Shown: one piece after another, positions 1 through 8,863 of the stretch | Position numbering within the stretch: the first letter of the stretch is position 1 | How the letters are laid out: each line of letters opens with the position of its first letter | Origin: Bacteroidota bacterium | Lineage (GTDB): Bacteria > Bacteroidota > Bacteroidia > UKL13-3 | Direction: 5' to 3' | Assembly: GCA_040387195.1 (NCBI GenBank) | Contig: JAZKEF010000027.1 | Span: forward strand, 113,831-177,830 | DNA length: 64,000 bases | Made by a program: the position numbers and the translations under genes | Notes under the pieces: model-generated | The model's database searches: none | Seen by the model: only the letters and a program-made list of their open reading frames with translations | Told to the model about the DNA's origin: nothing

Positions 1-550
1 TGTATGCATATGGTGATGCTACTTCGAGTTTGGCACTAGGAGTTGTTGTTCCAATTCCAACATTTCCGGTTGTGCCGACTCCAGTTGATGGGCCAACAAA
101 AAATGTGGGAATTGTACTGTTAAAACCTATGCTGAGTGAATTGGTAACCCCAGAAGTCAACGGATTGGAAGAAGAGATCCCAAATCCGATTACCATTGCA
201 CTTGAAGCATTTACTATATTTCGGCCAAATGCATATGAGTTCTGTTCATCCAGCGAAATGGCCTCGCCTATTGCAAATGAATTGTTGCCGTAAGAATCTA
301 TAATAATATCTTTTCCAAAAGCATAGCCTGATCCAAATAGTACATTATTACTTCCAAAATGAATCGCTCCTGGGGTCATCAGTCCAAGCTCAGTATTATT
401 GGATTTCAGAATTAAAGGATAGGCGTTAGTAGTCCCTAAGAACTCTCCTGAAGATACTGAGTTACCACTAGTGTTCCACTGTTGAGCATTGGATACGTAA
501 ATTGATCCCGCAATGGCAAGAATAGCCATCACAATTTTGGGTGATTTCAT
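1..550 (-). CDS. Secreted surface protein, N-terminal part (gene runs off the left edge)
   Basis: Own reverse translation from the ATG at 548-550. MKSPKIVMAILAIAGSIYVSNAQ signal peptide, NSFAIG/NSYAFG head-like repeats, GNVGIGTTTPSAKLEV motif as in tail-fibre-like Bacteroidota surface proteins. Frame stays open to position 1. Confidence 0.6.
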   Translation of the reverse strand, partial: MKSPKIVMAILAIAGSIYVSNAQQWNTSGNSVSSGEFLGTTNAYPLILKSNNTELGLMTPGAIHFGSNNVLFGSGYAFGKDIIIDSYGNNSFAIGEAISLDEQNSYAFGRNIVNASSAMVIGFGISSSNPLTSGVTNSLSIGFNSTIPTFFVGPSTGVGTTGNVGIGTTTPSAKLEVASPYAY

Positions 551-664
551 AGGTTATTTGTTTAATAGGTTTAAGGTTCAAATCAAATTTATTTTTTTCA
601 TAAAAGCAACTCTCTTGCCTAAAATAAATAGTAAACCTTCGATTTCCTTAGTCTTCCTTAACGC

Positions 665-702
665 AAAAATCCCCCACCTGCTTGAGCAGATGAGGGATTC
701 TA
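665..702 (-). terminator. Rho-independent terminator downstream of the 724..3165 gene
   Basis: On the minus strand AATCCCTCATCTGC-TCAA-GCAGGTGGGGGATT forms a hairpin (with G-U pairs), followed by TTTT. Confidence 0.5.
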
Positions 703-723
703 AAAATACTAAAATTCAGAAAC

Positions 724-3165
724 TTATTTTCCGTTCACCACAAACTTCAATGTTTTGCTTCCGCTGGCATTGCTGATGGTACAGAAATAGATTCCGCTGT
801 TCAGGTTTTCGATTGAAATGGTTTCGTTGAATTGTGCTCCGCGAACGGTGCGGGTTGAGATTTCTTTACCCAACAAATCAACCAGAGTAATCGTTACCGG
901 TTGTGTTTTTACAAAAGTGGCACTTACTGTAATAGCTGTTGTAGCCGGGTTAGGATATAACTTCACATTGGCTGCGTTAAATTCACTTTCGTTGATACCA
1001 ACGTTTGATGAATCTTTCACAACAACTATTCTGGTTGCTGAGTCGGCCATGTTACCGCAGAAATCGGCTACCCTATAGGTTAATACATAGGCACCCATTA
1101 CATTGGTATTAACAGCTCCGGTTACATGAACCGAAGTTGCAATGTTTCCATCGCGCACATCGCTTGATGCAGCACCCGGATCAACATATGGTCCGCTTCC
1201 TAATTCAACTGTATCCGGATTGTTTCCGTTTAATGATAACGAAGGTTTTGCAGTATCCAGGTTACACATATCCATATCCGATAGGTTTCTTGGAATGATT
1301 TTAAAGTTTCCAAAACTGAAATACATCGGTCCTTGGATAAAGTTCAATTTTTGTCCTTTTGTAATGGTATCATTAATGTTTCTCAATGAAATGCTCATAT
1401 CATCAACACGTAATCCTGTTTTGGTACTGTCTGCATTCACCGACCACTCTCCATTATCAGAAGGAGCATCCGGATTGATATTTGTTACATATACATTGTT
1501 CCATTTTAACAATACACCTTCCCATTTTCTGTTGTAGGCAATTTTTGTAGCAAGCGCAAATGAGTCCATCGACAATGTTTCTTCGAATGCAGGCAATGGA
1601 TTATTCTTGGAAACAACCGTTCCTCTGATCTCATTAAGGGTAGTAATGTTAAATATTTCTCTCACTACACCACTTGTAATCTTAACGGAGTCTCCAATAG
1701 CCCATTTTTCCGTAACATCGTTATTTACCGGCCGTTGTATGAAAATAGCAGAATTTGCCCCTGTCCCACTTTGCAAGGTTAACAAACGGGTTGTGCCGGC
1801 ATTAAAGTTAGTACCGGTTATCACTCCCCTGATATCCATATTCGTAAGGGAGTCTCCATCCCAGATTGTCGCACCATTGGTGCTTGCACTGAATTGTAAT
1901 GTTGCTATACTATTGATACCCCCATCCGTCACCAAATAGTTTGAGTTTGTTGCCAAGGTATCAGGAATAACTGTCCTCAGATTCCTGTTATCCAAAGCTC
2001 TTGTATAGTATTTTACAATAGTTCCGGCTGCAAACGGAGGAATTTTTCCCAACCATTTGTTTGGTGTAGCTGTAGGTGTCATATTAACCAATGTAAATAT
2101 ATTTCCTCCGGTTCCATTATAATGAAGTGTTACTTCCTTTAATGTTGTATCCGAAGTAATCATCGCTGTTACTTCCACCGAATCTGTAGATTGAGCAACA
2201 TTAGGTGTTTGAGTAATATTCAAAATCTTAGGCGGGCAAATATTACAAGGCCCCAAATCAGTAGGATACATTGGCATAATTCCATATCTTGTTACCGGAC
2301 CGACTGCATACTCCGTTATTATTCCTTGAATATACTCCAACCTGGTTCCAATTGCTGGAGGAAAAAATGTATTTACAATTTTAGGAACAGTATCTTCTAA
2401 ATCATCTCTTCTATAATAAGCAGAGAAATCTCTCACATCTAAAACATTTCCGAAATCATCAACAACAGACCAGAATGAACGCGTTCCTCCGCCCCCTGTA
2501 TTATCTATCGAATAAACTGTTACATTTTTAATCTTAACCAATGCTCCTTCCCATTGCTCTCCCGTTAGTCTCTGCTGCACCCATGTTCCATTCGGATTAC
2601 CTTTCATCAAATCCATTGCCTGAATTTCACTATAAACCAATGTATCCGGAGTCAGTGAAAGTTGCTCTACTGAATTTTCCCAGTTTATGTTATTACGTAT
2701 TAAATTAACTTGGGTTTCACCTACCTTTTGATTAACTCCATTAAAAGTTCTAATCACTCCCGTTACTCTTACTTTATATCTTACTATGAAATTTTCATAA
2801 AACTTTGCTTCAGCATTTAATACAGGCAATGTTACCCCTGTACCTGCCGGTTCACACATTACTTGTACACCACTCCATGGCCCACCACCTTTTCTTTGCA
2901 TAAAGGCTGCTTTTCTATTTGAAGATAATCCATATATTTTAGGATTGGTTACAACGATTCCTTCAAATCTAACAGTATCCTTATATTGAGAATTACTGGG
3001 AATTGGACTGATATAATCAGGTGTATCATTGGGTATTGGTAGTCCAAGCTTTGTAGCATTAACAAACTGTACCGAATCAATTGGAATAATCGGGTACGGG
3101 TTCTGCGCCTTCAGCAGCCCTGCTGCCCCTAGCGCAATCATTGATAGTAGTAGTCGTCTTTTCAT
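724..3165 (-). CDS. Large secreted protein with T9SS C-terminal sorting domain and an Ig-like (DUF5011-like) module
   Basis: 813-aa ORF. Signal peptide MKRRLLLSMIALGAAGLLKAQ. C-terminus LYPNPATTAITV...GIYFCTISNASGSKTLKFVVNGK is typical of a T9SS CTD. Has repeated OB/beta-sandwich-like modules. Function unknown. Confidence 0.8.
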   Translation of the reverse strand: MKRRLLLSMIALGAAGLLKAQNPYPIIPIDSVQFVNATKLGLPIPNDTPDYISPIPSNSQYKDTVRFEGIVVTNPKIYGLSSNRKAAFMQRKGGGPWSGVQVMCEPAGTGVTLPVLNAEAKFYENFIVRYKVRVTGVIRTFNGVNQKVGETQVNLIRNNINWENSVEQLSLTPDTLVYSEIQAMDLMKGNPNGTWVQQRLTGEQWEGALVKIKNVTVYSIDNTGGGGTRSFWSVVDDFGNVLDVRDFSAYYRRDDLEDTVPKIVNTFFPPAIGTRLEYIQGIITEYAVGPVTRYGIMPMYPTDLGPCNICPPKILNITQTPNVAQSTDSVEVTAMITSDTTLKEVTLHYNGTGGNIFTLVNMTPTATPNKWLGKIPPFAAGTIVKYYTRALDNRNLRTVIPDTLATNSNYLVTDGGINSIATLQFSASTNGATIWDGDSLTNMDIRGVITGTNFNAGTTRLLTLQSGTGANSAIFIQRPVNNDVTEKWAIGDSVKITSGVVREIFNITTLNEIRGTVVSKNNPLPAFEETLSMDSFALATKIAYNRKWEGVLLKWNNVYVTNINPDAPSDNGEWSVNADSTKTGLRVDDMSISLRNINDTITKGQKLNFIQGPMYFSFGNFKIIPRNLSDMDMCNLDTAKPSLSLNGNNPDTVELGSGPYVDPGAASSDVRDGNIATSVHVTGAVNTNVMGAYVLTYRVADFCGNMADSATRIVVVKDSSNVGINESEFNAANVKLYPNPATTAITVSATFVKTQPVTITLVDLLGKEISTRTVRGAQFNETISIENLNSGIYFCTISNASGSKTLKFVVNGK

Positions 3166-3183
3166 ATTCTATGTTAGTTAATT

Positions 3184-3226
3184 GGTTATTGAGTTACTAG
3201 GTTATTGAATTACTGGTTATTAAATC
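3184..3226. repeat. About 3 tandem copies of a 15-nt unit GGTTATTGARTTACT
   Basis: Read directly: ggttattgagttacta ggttattgaattact ggttattaaatct, in the spacer between two minus-strand genes. Confidence 0.6.
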
Positions 3227-3313
3227 TTGTCTTCTTTGTTTTCTCTCATCTTCCTTAATCTTTCGTGTCTTCGTGGACAAAAGATTGCGAGTTGCGAGTT
3301 TTTTATTACTGGT

Positions 3314-3344
3314 TGGCTTCGTCCGATAGCTATCGGACCGCTCA
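3314..3344. repeat. 31-nt dispersed repeat with a perfect 16-nt palindromic core TCCGATAGCTATCGGA (copy 1)
   Basis: The reverse complement matches 13474-13504 at 28/31 positions. The core is self-complementary, and flanks 3311-3350 can extend the hairpin. Confidence 0.7.
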
Positions 3345-3398
3345 GCCACCTTTATTTCTATCGAGCTTCGAATTTATTTTGCCTACTTTCTTCTTTGC

Positions 3399-5498
3399 CT
3401 ACTTCATTACTGCAAACTTCCCCACTTCCACATTACCTGTTTGGGTATCCTTTACCGTAAACAAATATACGCCCATCGAAATGGTTGTTTTTGAATTCGA
3501 CAATAAGTCCCAGGCGTGTTCCCCTCCCGAAAATACCATTTTATCTTTATTTCCGTATACTTCAAACCATTTTGCATCTTCTCCCTGATATGTTTCGGCA
3601 TTATGGGTAAGGTTCGCCACCAAATCTCCATTGCTGGTATATATGGAAATGGTGCATTGTGCCGGCAGGTTGGTAAAGTAAATTTTATTGGTACGGGAAG
3701 TTCCGCCATCCCATGCTGCCGTGGTACGGTATGGGTTAGGGTACACACCAATTGTTGATTTGCTGTCCTCTCCAATCTCTTTTGTTGTGGTTCCGGCAAA
3801 TACCCTCATTTCATTCGCTGTAAATGATGATTCCAGCGATCCGATCTTAAGTGTTTTATTGCCTTTATCAAATGCTGTAACCGTGAATTGGTATTGCCAG
3901 CCATTCAGCAAATTGTTCATGGTGTATTTAAAATCATAGGTAACCGGATCTCCGGCAAACTGCATCGGTTGATTAAGTTTGATCGCATCAAATCCATTGT
4001 TATATCCAACATCATTTCCCACTGAATCCCATTGTGCAATCAGGTTACTGTTATCGGCCAGGTTTTGATCCAGGTCATCCCCTGCATTGCTCCTGTATAA
4101 TTTAAATCCCTCAAAATCCTTTTGACGTGTAATAGCATCAATAGATTCAATTGCGGATGCATCCCAGTATATATCAACCTTATTATCGGAAGGAACAATT
4201 TTCATTTTAGGACTGTTTGGAGGTTCCGGCAAAACAAACCGGTCAAGTTTTCCATTACCGTTTGCATCCAACTCTGCATTGTATTTTCCGTCTTCATTCA
4301 CATCTTCTCCAACATATGTGGCACGTGTACGCGAAAGATGTTCTGTTAACTCCGCCCTCGATTCGGGAGTGGAAAGAATGGAAGTACCGGATACCTGCTT
4401 CACTGATTTTTTAGCCGCAACATATGCAACTACATAATTGAACTTTTCACCCGGAGCAACACTTGGGAGCGGGCCTGCCGAAATCAATTGAATCCAATTG
4501 GCAGGTGAGCCGTTAAACGGTCCATTATTTCCAAAAATCTGGGTCGAATCATTTCCCTTGCTCAACTTTTCATAGCGTCCCAAATCATCGGCCGGTTTGG
4601 TAAACTCAGGATACACGGAACTGAAATTCCAAAAATTATAATTCACTTTAGGCGCAGCAAAACCACGTGATACAAACGTGTCGGGTTTATCTGCGTTAAA
4701 AAACATCCCTCTCCAGTCCATGCCCAAAAACTGCATGGCTCCGTATGACTGAATATAGTTGGCATCATCGGCAGTATTATCTCCCAACCATGCATAAATA
4801 GCTTTAAACTTGGTATCAACACCATTCCGTCCTTTTGCATAAAATGCTGTCCCGACATCCCGTGTTACATTTACATTTCGCACCACTAGATCCGCCCATT
4901 GTCCCATCCATATCGAATCCCAGTTGGAAGTGGAGTTATTGGTAATCTCATAATTGCAAATCACAAAATAGTCGGCAAAGGAAAAATTCCAGGCATAACT
5001 TTCCAGCTTTACAGATGCCATTAACGGATTATCATGACTGCCGATGGGTTGGGATGTTCCAGGAACAACCGTATTGGAATCGGTTAACTGAAATACGAAA
5101 TCCTGATGAGATATTGCAGAAGCGGAATAATTGGGACTGCTGGTCAATTTGGAACGTTCAATGGGATTCACCGTTCCCGTAAACTCATAGCCCGAAGCTC
5201 CCGTTGAATAACCTGAAGAAGCATCAAACGCACTGGTTGATACTAACTTTTGGCCGTTTACCAATGCTCCGATCCAAAATCCCGACTCGAACAAATGCTC
5301 CAATCCTTTTTGAGGATATGACATGGAAGGGTCACCCTGAACATTACTTCTTACTGTAGGTCGACCAATGGTACCCACGGTACTCATGGTTAACCCTACA
5401 CGACCTACATTGGTCGATTTTTGTTTATAGCCAACCTGGGCTGAAACGGAGAGAGTTGACAAAACAACTCCCAGCATAAAAAGGCGTTTATATAGCAT
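3399..5498 (-). CDS. Secreted protein with FN3-like region and FlgD-Ig/T9SS-like C-terminal domain
   Basis: The ORF reaches 5561, but the ATG at 5496-5498 gives MLYKRLFMLGVVLSTLSVSAQ, a signal peptide. C-terminus reads GVYPNPYR...GVYLFTVKDTQTGNVEVGKFAVMK. Contains an acidic DVNEDGKYNAELDANGNGKLD stretch. Confidence 0.8.
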   Translation of the reverse strand: MLYKRLFMLGVVLSTLSVSAQVGYKQKSTNVGRVGLTMSTVGTIGRPTVRSNVQGDPSMSYPQKGLEHLFESGFWIGALVNGQKLVSTSAFDASSGYSTGASGYEFTGTVNPIERSKLTSSPNYSASAISHQDFVFQLTDSNTVVPGTSQPIGSHDNPLMASVKLESYAWNFSFADYFVICNYEITNNSTSNWDSIWMGQWADLVVRNVNVTRDVGTAFYAKGRNGVDTKFKAIYAWLGDNTADDANYIQSYGAMQFLGMDWRGMFFNADKPDTFVSRGFAAPKVNYNFWNFSSVYPEFTKPADDLGRYEKLSKGNDSTQIFGNNGPFNGSPANWIQLISAGPLPSVAPGEKFNYVVAYVAAKKSVKQVSGTSILSTPESRAELTEHLSRTRATYVGEDVNEDGKYNAELDANGNGKLDRFVLPEPPNSPKMKIVPSDNKVDIYWDASAIESIDAITRQKDFEGFKLYRSNAGDDLDQNLADNSNLIAQWDSVGNDVGYNNGFDAIKLNQPMQFAGDPVTYDFKYTMNNLLNGWQYQFTVTAFDKGNKTLKIGSLESSFTANEMRVFAGTTTKEIGEDSKSTIGVYPNPYRTTAAWDGGTSRTNKIYFTNLPAQCTISIYTSNGDLVANLTHNAETYQGEDAKWFEVYGNKDKMVFSGGEHAWDLLSNSKTTISMGVYLFTVKDTQTGNVEVGKFAVMK

Positions 5499-5977
5499 AC
5501 GATTTAACCATACAAATATGTATTTTTTTGGCGGAATCAAGGTTAAAATAACTTTAAACAATTCACTCCTTTATGATTCCCTGATAGGCTCCCTTTGCCG
5601 GCAACCCATGTAAATTTAAAGTCATCTTATTATCAAGCAGTTGTGTCATCAAATTGTTAACCCCCTGATAACACTGGGTGTTACATGAGCATCGTTTCAG
5701 CATCAACCACTTGCAAAGTCAAACGGGATTACCCCACATTTGATGTTAAAAAATTATTACCCCTTGTGAATGCGCTAGCCTGTTCATTACACAAAATCAA
5801 TTCGGACACATTTCAATTGACCCACTTAGCTATGCGAATTGTGGAAAAGCCTGTAGTGAAAATGAAGCATTTACAACATACAACACATAGTAATGCACAT
5901 TGCATGCACATTAAAAATTTTACATGTGTATAAGTAATATTACCTTAGCGGAGACATACAAAAAAATCTGTTGTGCT

Positions 5978-5985
5978 TACATTTG
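5978..5985 (+). promoter_or_regulatory. Bacteroidota -7 promoter box (TAcaTTTG) upstream of dnaB
   Basis: Matches the TAnnTTTG consensus, 36 nt upstream of the dnaB ATG. Confidence 0.35.
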
Positions 5986-6020
5986 GGAGCAACAGAACGT
6001 AGAAAAGAGGATAGCAAGAA

Positions 6021-7547
6021 ATGGCCGAAACAACCAAAAATACAAGGAAACCGACTCGCAATATAGATCTAAAGGCAATTATAGATTCAGGCAAAGTACC
6101 ACCTCAGTCAGTTGACCTTGAGGAAGCTGTACTGGGTGCGCTGATGCTGGAAAAAAATGCCATCACCGTTGTAGCTGATATTTTAAGACCTGAAAGTTTT
6201 TACAAGGAAGCGCACGTCATCATTTTCCAATCCATCAAGGACCTATTCAGCCGTGCCGAACCCATTGATATCTTAACCGTAACATCCGACCTCCGCAAAA
6301 AAGCATTGCTGGATATTGTGGGTGGTGCTTATTACATCACTTCACTTACCAATCGTGTGGCTTCGGCTGCCAATATTGAATACCATGCACGGATTGTTGC
6401 CCAAAAATTTATTCAACGGGAGTTGATCCGTATTGCCACCGAAATACAGAAGGAAGCATTTGAAGAATCGACCGATGCTTTTGAATTGCTGGACAGTGCC
6501 GAACGTAAATTGTTTGAAGTATCGCAGGGAAATATCAAGCGCGATTACAAACAAATGAACTATGTGATCAAGGAAGCCATCCGCGAAATTGAATCGATGA
6601 AAGATAAGGAAGGCGGACTTACCGGTATTCCTTCGGGCTTTACCCGTTTGGACCGGATTACTTCCGGTTTCCAAAAATCCGATTTGGTTATTTTGGCTGC
6701 TCGTCCGGGTATGGGTAAAACAGCCATGGTACTCTCCATAGCACGGAATGCTTCTTTATTATCCGAAAAACCAAGAGCCATTGCCATCTTCTCACTGGAG
6801 ATGAGCAGCAAGCAGCTGGTAACAAGGATGATTTCGGGAGAAGCTGAAATTACAGGTGAAAAACTCAAAAAAGGACAACTTGCCGAACACGAATGGCAAC
6901 AGTTAAATACCAAAATTGCACGCCTCAACGAAGCTCCCATTTTTATTGACGATACCCCTGCCCTTTCTATTTTTGAGTTGCGCAGTAAGTGCCGCAGGTT
7001 GAAAGAGCAGAACAATATTGAGATGATCATCATCGATTACCTGCAGTTGATGCGTGGTGATGATGCCAACAATAAAAATGGTAACCGTGAGCAGGAGGTA
7101 AGTTATATTTCACGTTCCCTTAAAGCACTCGCAAAGGAGTTGGACGTTCCGGTAATTGCACTTGCACAGTTAAGCCGTGCTTCCGAAAAACGTGGAGCAG
7201 CAGCCATTCCGATGCTTTCGGATTTGCGTGAATCCGGTTCCATTGAGCAGGATGCGGATATGGTAATGTTTATTTACCGTCCGGAGTATTACAAAATTTC
7301 GGAGTTTGAAGATGGAAGTTCAACGCATGGTGTGGCCGAGTTGCATATTGCCAAACACCGTAACGGTGCGCTCGATAATGTGCGGTTACGTTTTGTACAT
7401 GAGTTCACCAAGTTCCAGGACTTAACCGAATTTGAATACCAAACTGACCCAAGCATGCTTACCGATAACCCGGGAACCATTACCATCAGTTCGAAACTAA
7501 ACGACTGGAGCAATGATCCTGATGAATTTACTCCGGCACCGTTTTAG
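6021..7547 (+). CDS. dnaB: Replicative DNA helicase DnaB
   Basis: 508 aa. N-terminal PPQSVDLEEAVLGALML, Walker A ARPGMGKTA, IIIDYLQLM, and RecA-like C-terminal motifs LSDLRESGSIEQDAD. Confidence 0.97.
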   Translation: MAETTKNTRKPTRNIDLKAIIDSGKVPPQSVDLEEAVLGALMLEKNAITVVADILRPESFYKEAHVIIFQSIKDLFSRAEPIDILTVTSDLRKKALLDIVGGAYYITSLTNRVASAANIEYHARIVAQKFIQRELIRIATEIQKEAFEESTDAFELLDSAERKLFEVSQGNIKRDYKQMNYVIKEAIREIESMKDKEGGLTGIPSGFTRLDRITSGFQKSDLVILAARPGMGKTAMVLSIARNASLLSEKPRAIAIFSLEMSSKQLVTRMISGEAEITGEKLKKGQLAEHEWQQLNTKIARLNEAPIFIDDTPALSIFELRSKCRRLKEQNNIEMIIIDYLQLMRGDDANNKNGNREQEVSYISRSLKALAKELDVPVIALAQLSRASEKRGAAAIPMLSDLRESGSIEQDADMVMFIYRPEYYKISEFEDGSSTHGVAELHIAKHRNGALDNVRLRFVHEFTKFQDLTEFEYQTDPSMLTDNPGTITISSKLNDWSNDPDEFTPAPF

Positions 7548-7626
7548 TCCAACATCCGACCTCAAATCGATAAAGTCAATTAAAACAGACCACATTCCAA
7601 ACGACCTTCGTTTGAAATTCAATTTT

Positions 7627-7660
7627 TACACGTATCTTTGAATATTAAAACACACGTGTA
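7627..7660 (+). promoter_or_regulatory. Candidate promoter/operator of the toxin-antitoxin operon
   Basis: TAtcTTTG -7 box at 7633-7640, bracketed by a perfect inverted repeat TACACGT (7627-7633) / ACGTGTA (7654-7660) that abuts the start codon. Confidence 0.35.
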
Positions 7661-7911
7661 TGATAACCAAACTCACCTTAACTGTAGAAAAGGAAGTTAT
7701 TGAACTCGCCAAGGATTATGCTTCCGAAAATGGACGAAGTCTATCGGAAATTGTAGAAACTTATCTTAAGTTTTTAACTTACCCCCAAAAGAAGAAAAAA
7801 ACAGTCTCCGGTCGCATTACAAAAGCAACAAGAGGTGTCGCAAAAGTGCCTAAAGACTTTGATTATAAGAAAGCATTGGAAGAGGCCCTCACTGAAAAAT
7901 ACTTGAAATAA
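7660..7911 (+). CDS. Type II antitoxin (DUF6364-like, partner of a PIN toxin)
   Basis: 83 aa. MITKLTLTVEKEVIELAKDYASENGRSLSEIVETYLKFL resembles Bacteroidota antitoxins found upstream of PIN genes. Its stop lies 2 nt before the toxin ATG. Confidence 0.75.
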   Translation: MITKLTLTVEKEVIELAKDYASENGRSLSEIVETYLKFLTYPQKKKKTVSGRITKATRGVAKVPKDFDYKKALEEALTEKYLK

Positions 7912-7913
7912 TT

Positions 7914-8327
7914 ATGCAAAAAGTATTTATTGACACCAATATTCTTCTTGATCACTTATTAGAAAGAACCCCCTTTGCTGATGATGCATCTGAAATAATG
8001 GAATTGGCGGAAGCCAATAAAATAAAAGTGTATACATCAACAGTTTCTTTTGTCAATACCTTTTACATCATTAAAAAAATAATTGGCCATCACAAAACGC
8101 TTCATCACTTAAAACTAATCGAACGTCTTATTGAACTGATTGAAGTGAATCAAAAAATGGTTCAGCAGGCATTAGATAAGCCCTACAAAGATTTTGAAGA
8201 TGGAATACAAATGGAGGCTGTGATGCACGTAAAAGGAATTACCTGCATTGTAACAAGAAACTCAAGTGATTTTAAGCTGTCTACCGTTCCCATTATTACA
8301 CCTAAAGATTTTTTAGCCAGTCTGTAA
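7914..8327 (+). CDS. vapC: PIN-domain toxin, VapC family
   Basis: 137 aa. N-terminal FIDTNILLDHL places the first acidic PIN residue. Further acidic residues (EDGIQMEA, TRNSSDF) are spaced as expected for a PIN domain. Confidence 0.85.
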   Translation: MQKVFIDTNILLDHLLERTPFADDASEIMELAEANKIKVYTSTVSFVNTFYIIKKIIGHHKTLHHLKLIERLIELIEVNQKMVQQALDKPYKDFEDGIQMEAVMHVKGITCIVTRNSSDFKLSTVPIITPKDFLASL

Positions 8328-8466
8328 TGCTTTGTTTCATCAAATATAGTCTGTAATTGTGCTTTCCTTTGAAAGCATCCCTGCTTCGATAAACCCAGCG
8401 TGACATTCGCTCCTTAATATCTTAATACCCGAATTCCCTAATCACATTTCGAATTTCGTACTTTTC

Positions 8467-8485
8467 CCCATAGCTATCGGGATCG
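8467..8485. repeat. Degenerate third copy of the CCGATAGCTATCGG palindromic element
   Basis: cccatagctatcgggatcg shares the ATAGCTATCGG core and the following CGAA with the copies at 3314 and 13474. Confidence 0.4.
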
Positions 8486-8493
8486 AATTTGTT

Positions 8494-8808
8494 TCAATAC
8501 AACAACTCATCCAACGCACTTCTGAACTCATTCACCGTTTTGCGATCACCCTTCAATTGTGCTTCCTGCATGCCCTTTTCATAAATGGCGATTGCTCTCT
8601 TTTCGTCTGATCCTTCCAGCAATAATCCTAATTGGTAATATGCCGCAACATAATGTTCATCGGCAGCGATGATCTGTTCGAATAGGTTTTGTGCCTTTTC
8701 GGGTTGCTGCATGCCCAGGTATTCCATGGCCAAAGCGTATTGCAAAAACAAGTCATCGGGCTGTTTTTCAAGCATTTCAAGCAGTTTATCGAATCGCGAA
8801 TTTGCCAT
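8494..8808 (-). CDS. Small tetratricopeptide-repeat protein
   Basis: 104 aa with TPR-like helices (LQYALAMEYLGMQQPEKAQNLFEQII, AAYYQLGLLLE). Confidence 0.75.
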   Translation of the reverse strand: MANSRFDKLLEMLEKQPDDLFLQYALAMEYLGMQQPEKAQNLFEQIIAADEHYVAAYYQLGLLLEGSDEKRAIAIYEKGMQEAQLKGDRKTVNEFRSALDELLY

Positions 8809-8863
8809 TTTTCTAAAAACAAAATTTAGCTACTTTTGTCTCCCTTTTATAGAAGCAGAAAGT

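Noticed and set aside
5685-6115. Two listed ORFs (82 aa and 63 aa) upstream of and overlapping the dnaB start
   Set aside because: Their His/Cys/Lys-rich composition is odd, there are no start-context or family signals, and the second overlaps the well-supported dnaB start. Treated as non-coding spacer.
6560-7033. 157-aa antisense ORF inside dnaB. Similar shadow ORFs occur at 13804..14346, 17737..18156, 20489..20896, 43491..43913, 57667..58077 and 62522..62902
   Set aside because: All lie antisense to genes with strong family signatures, have low-complexity or Ser/Leu/Arg-rich translations and no recognisable motifs. They are typical shadow ORFs.
8669-8863. N-terminal extension of the listed 310-aa ORF that contains etfB
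   Set aside because: The extension overlaps the convergent TPR gene and has no EtfB similarity. The family N-terminus MKILVCVSNVPD begins at the ATG 8864.
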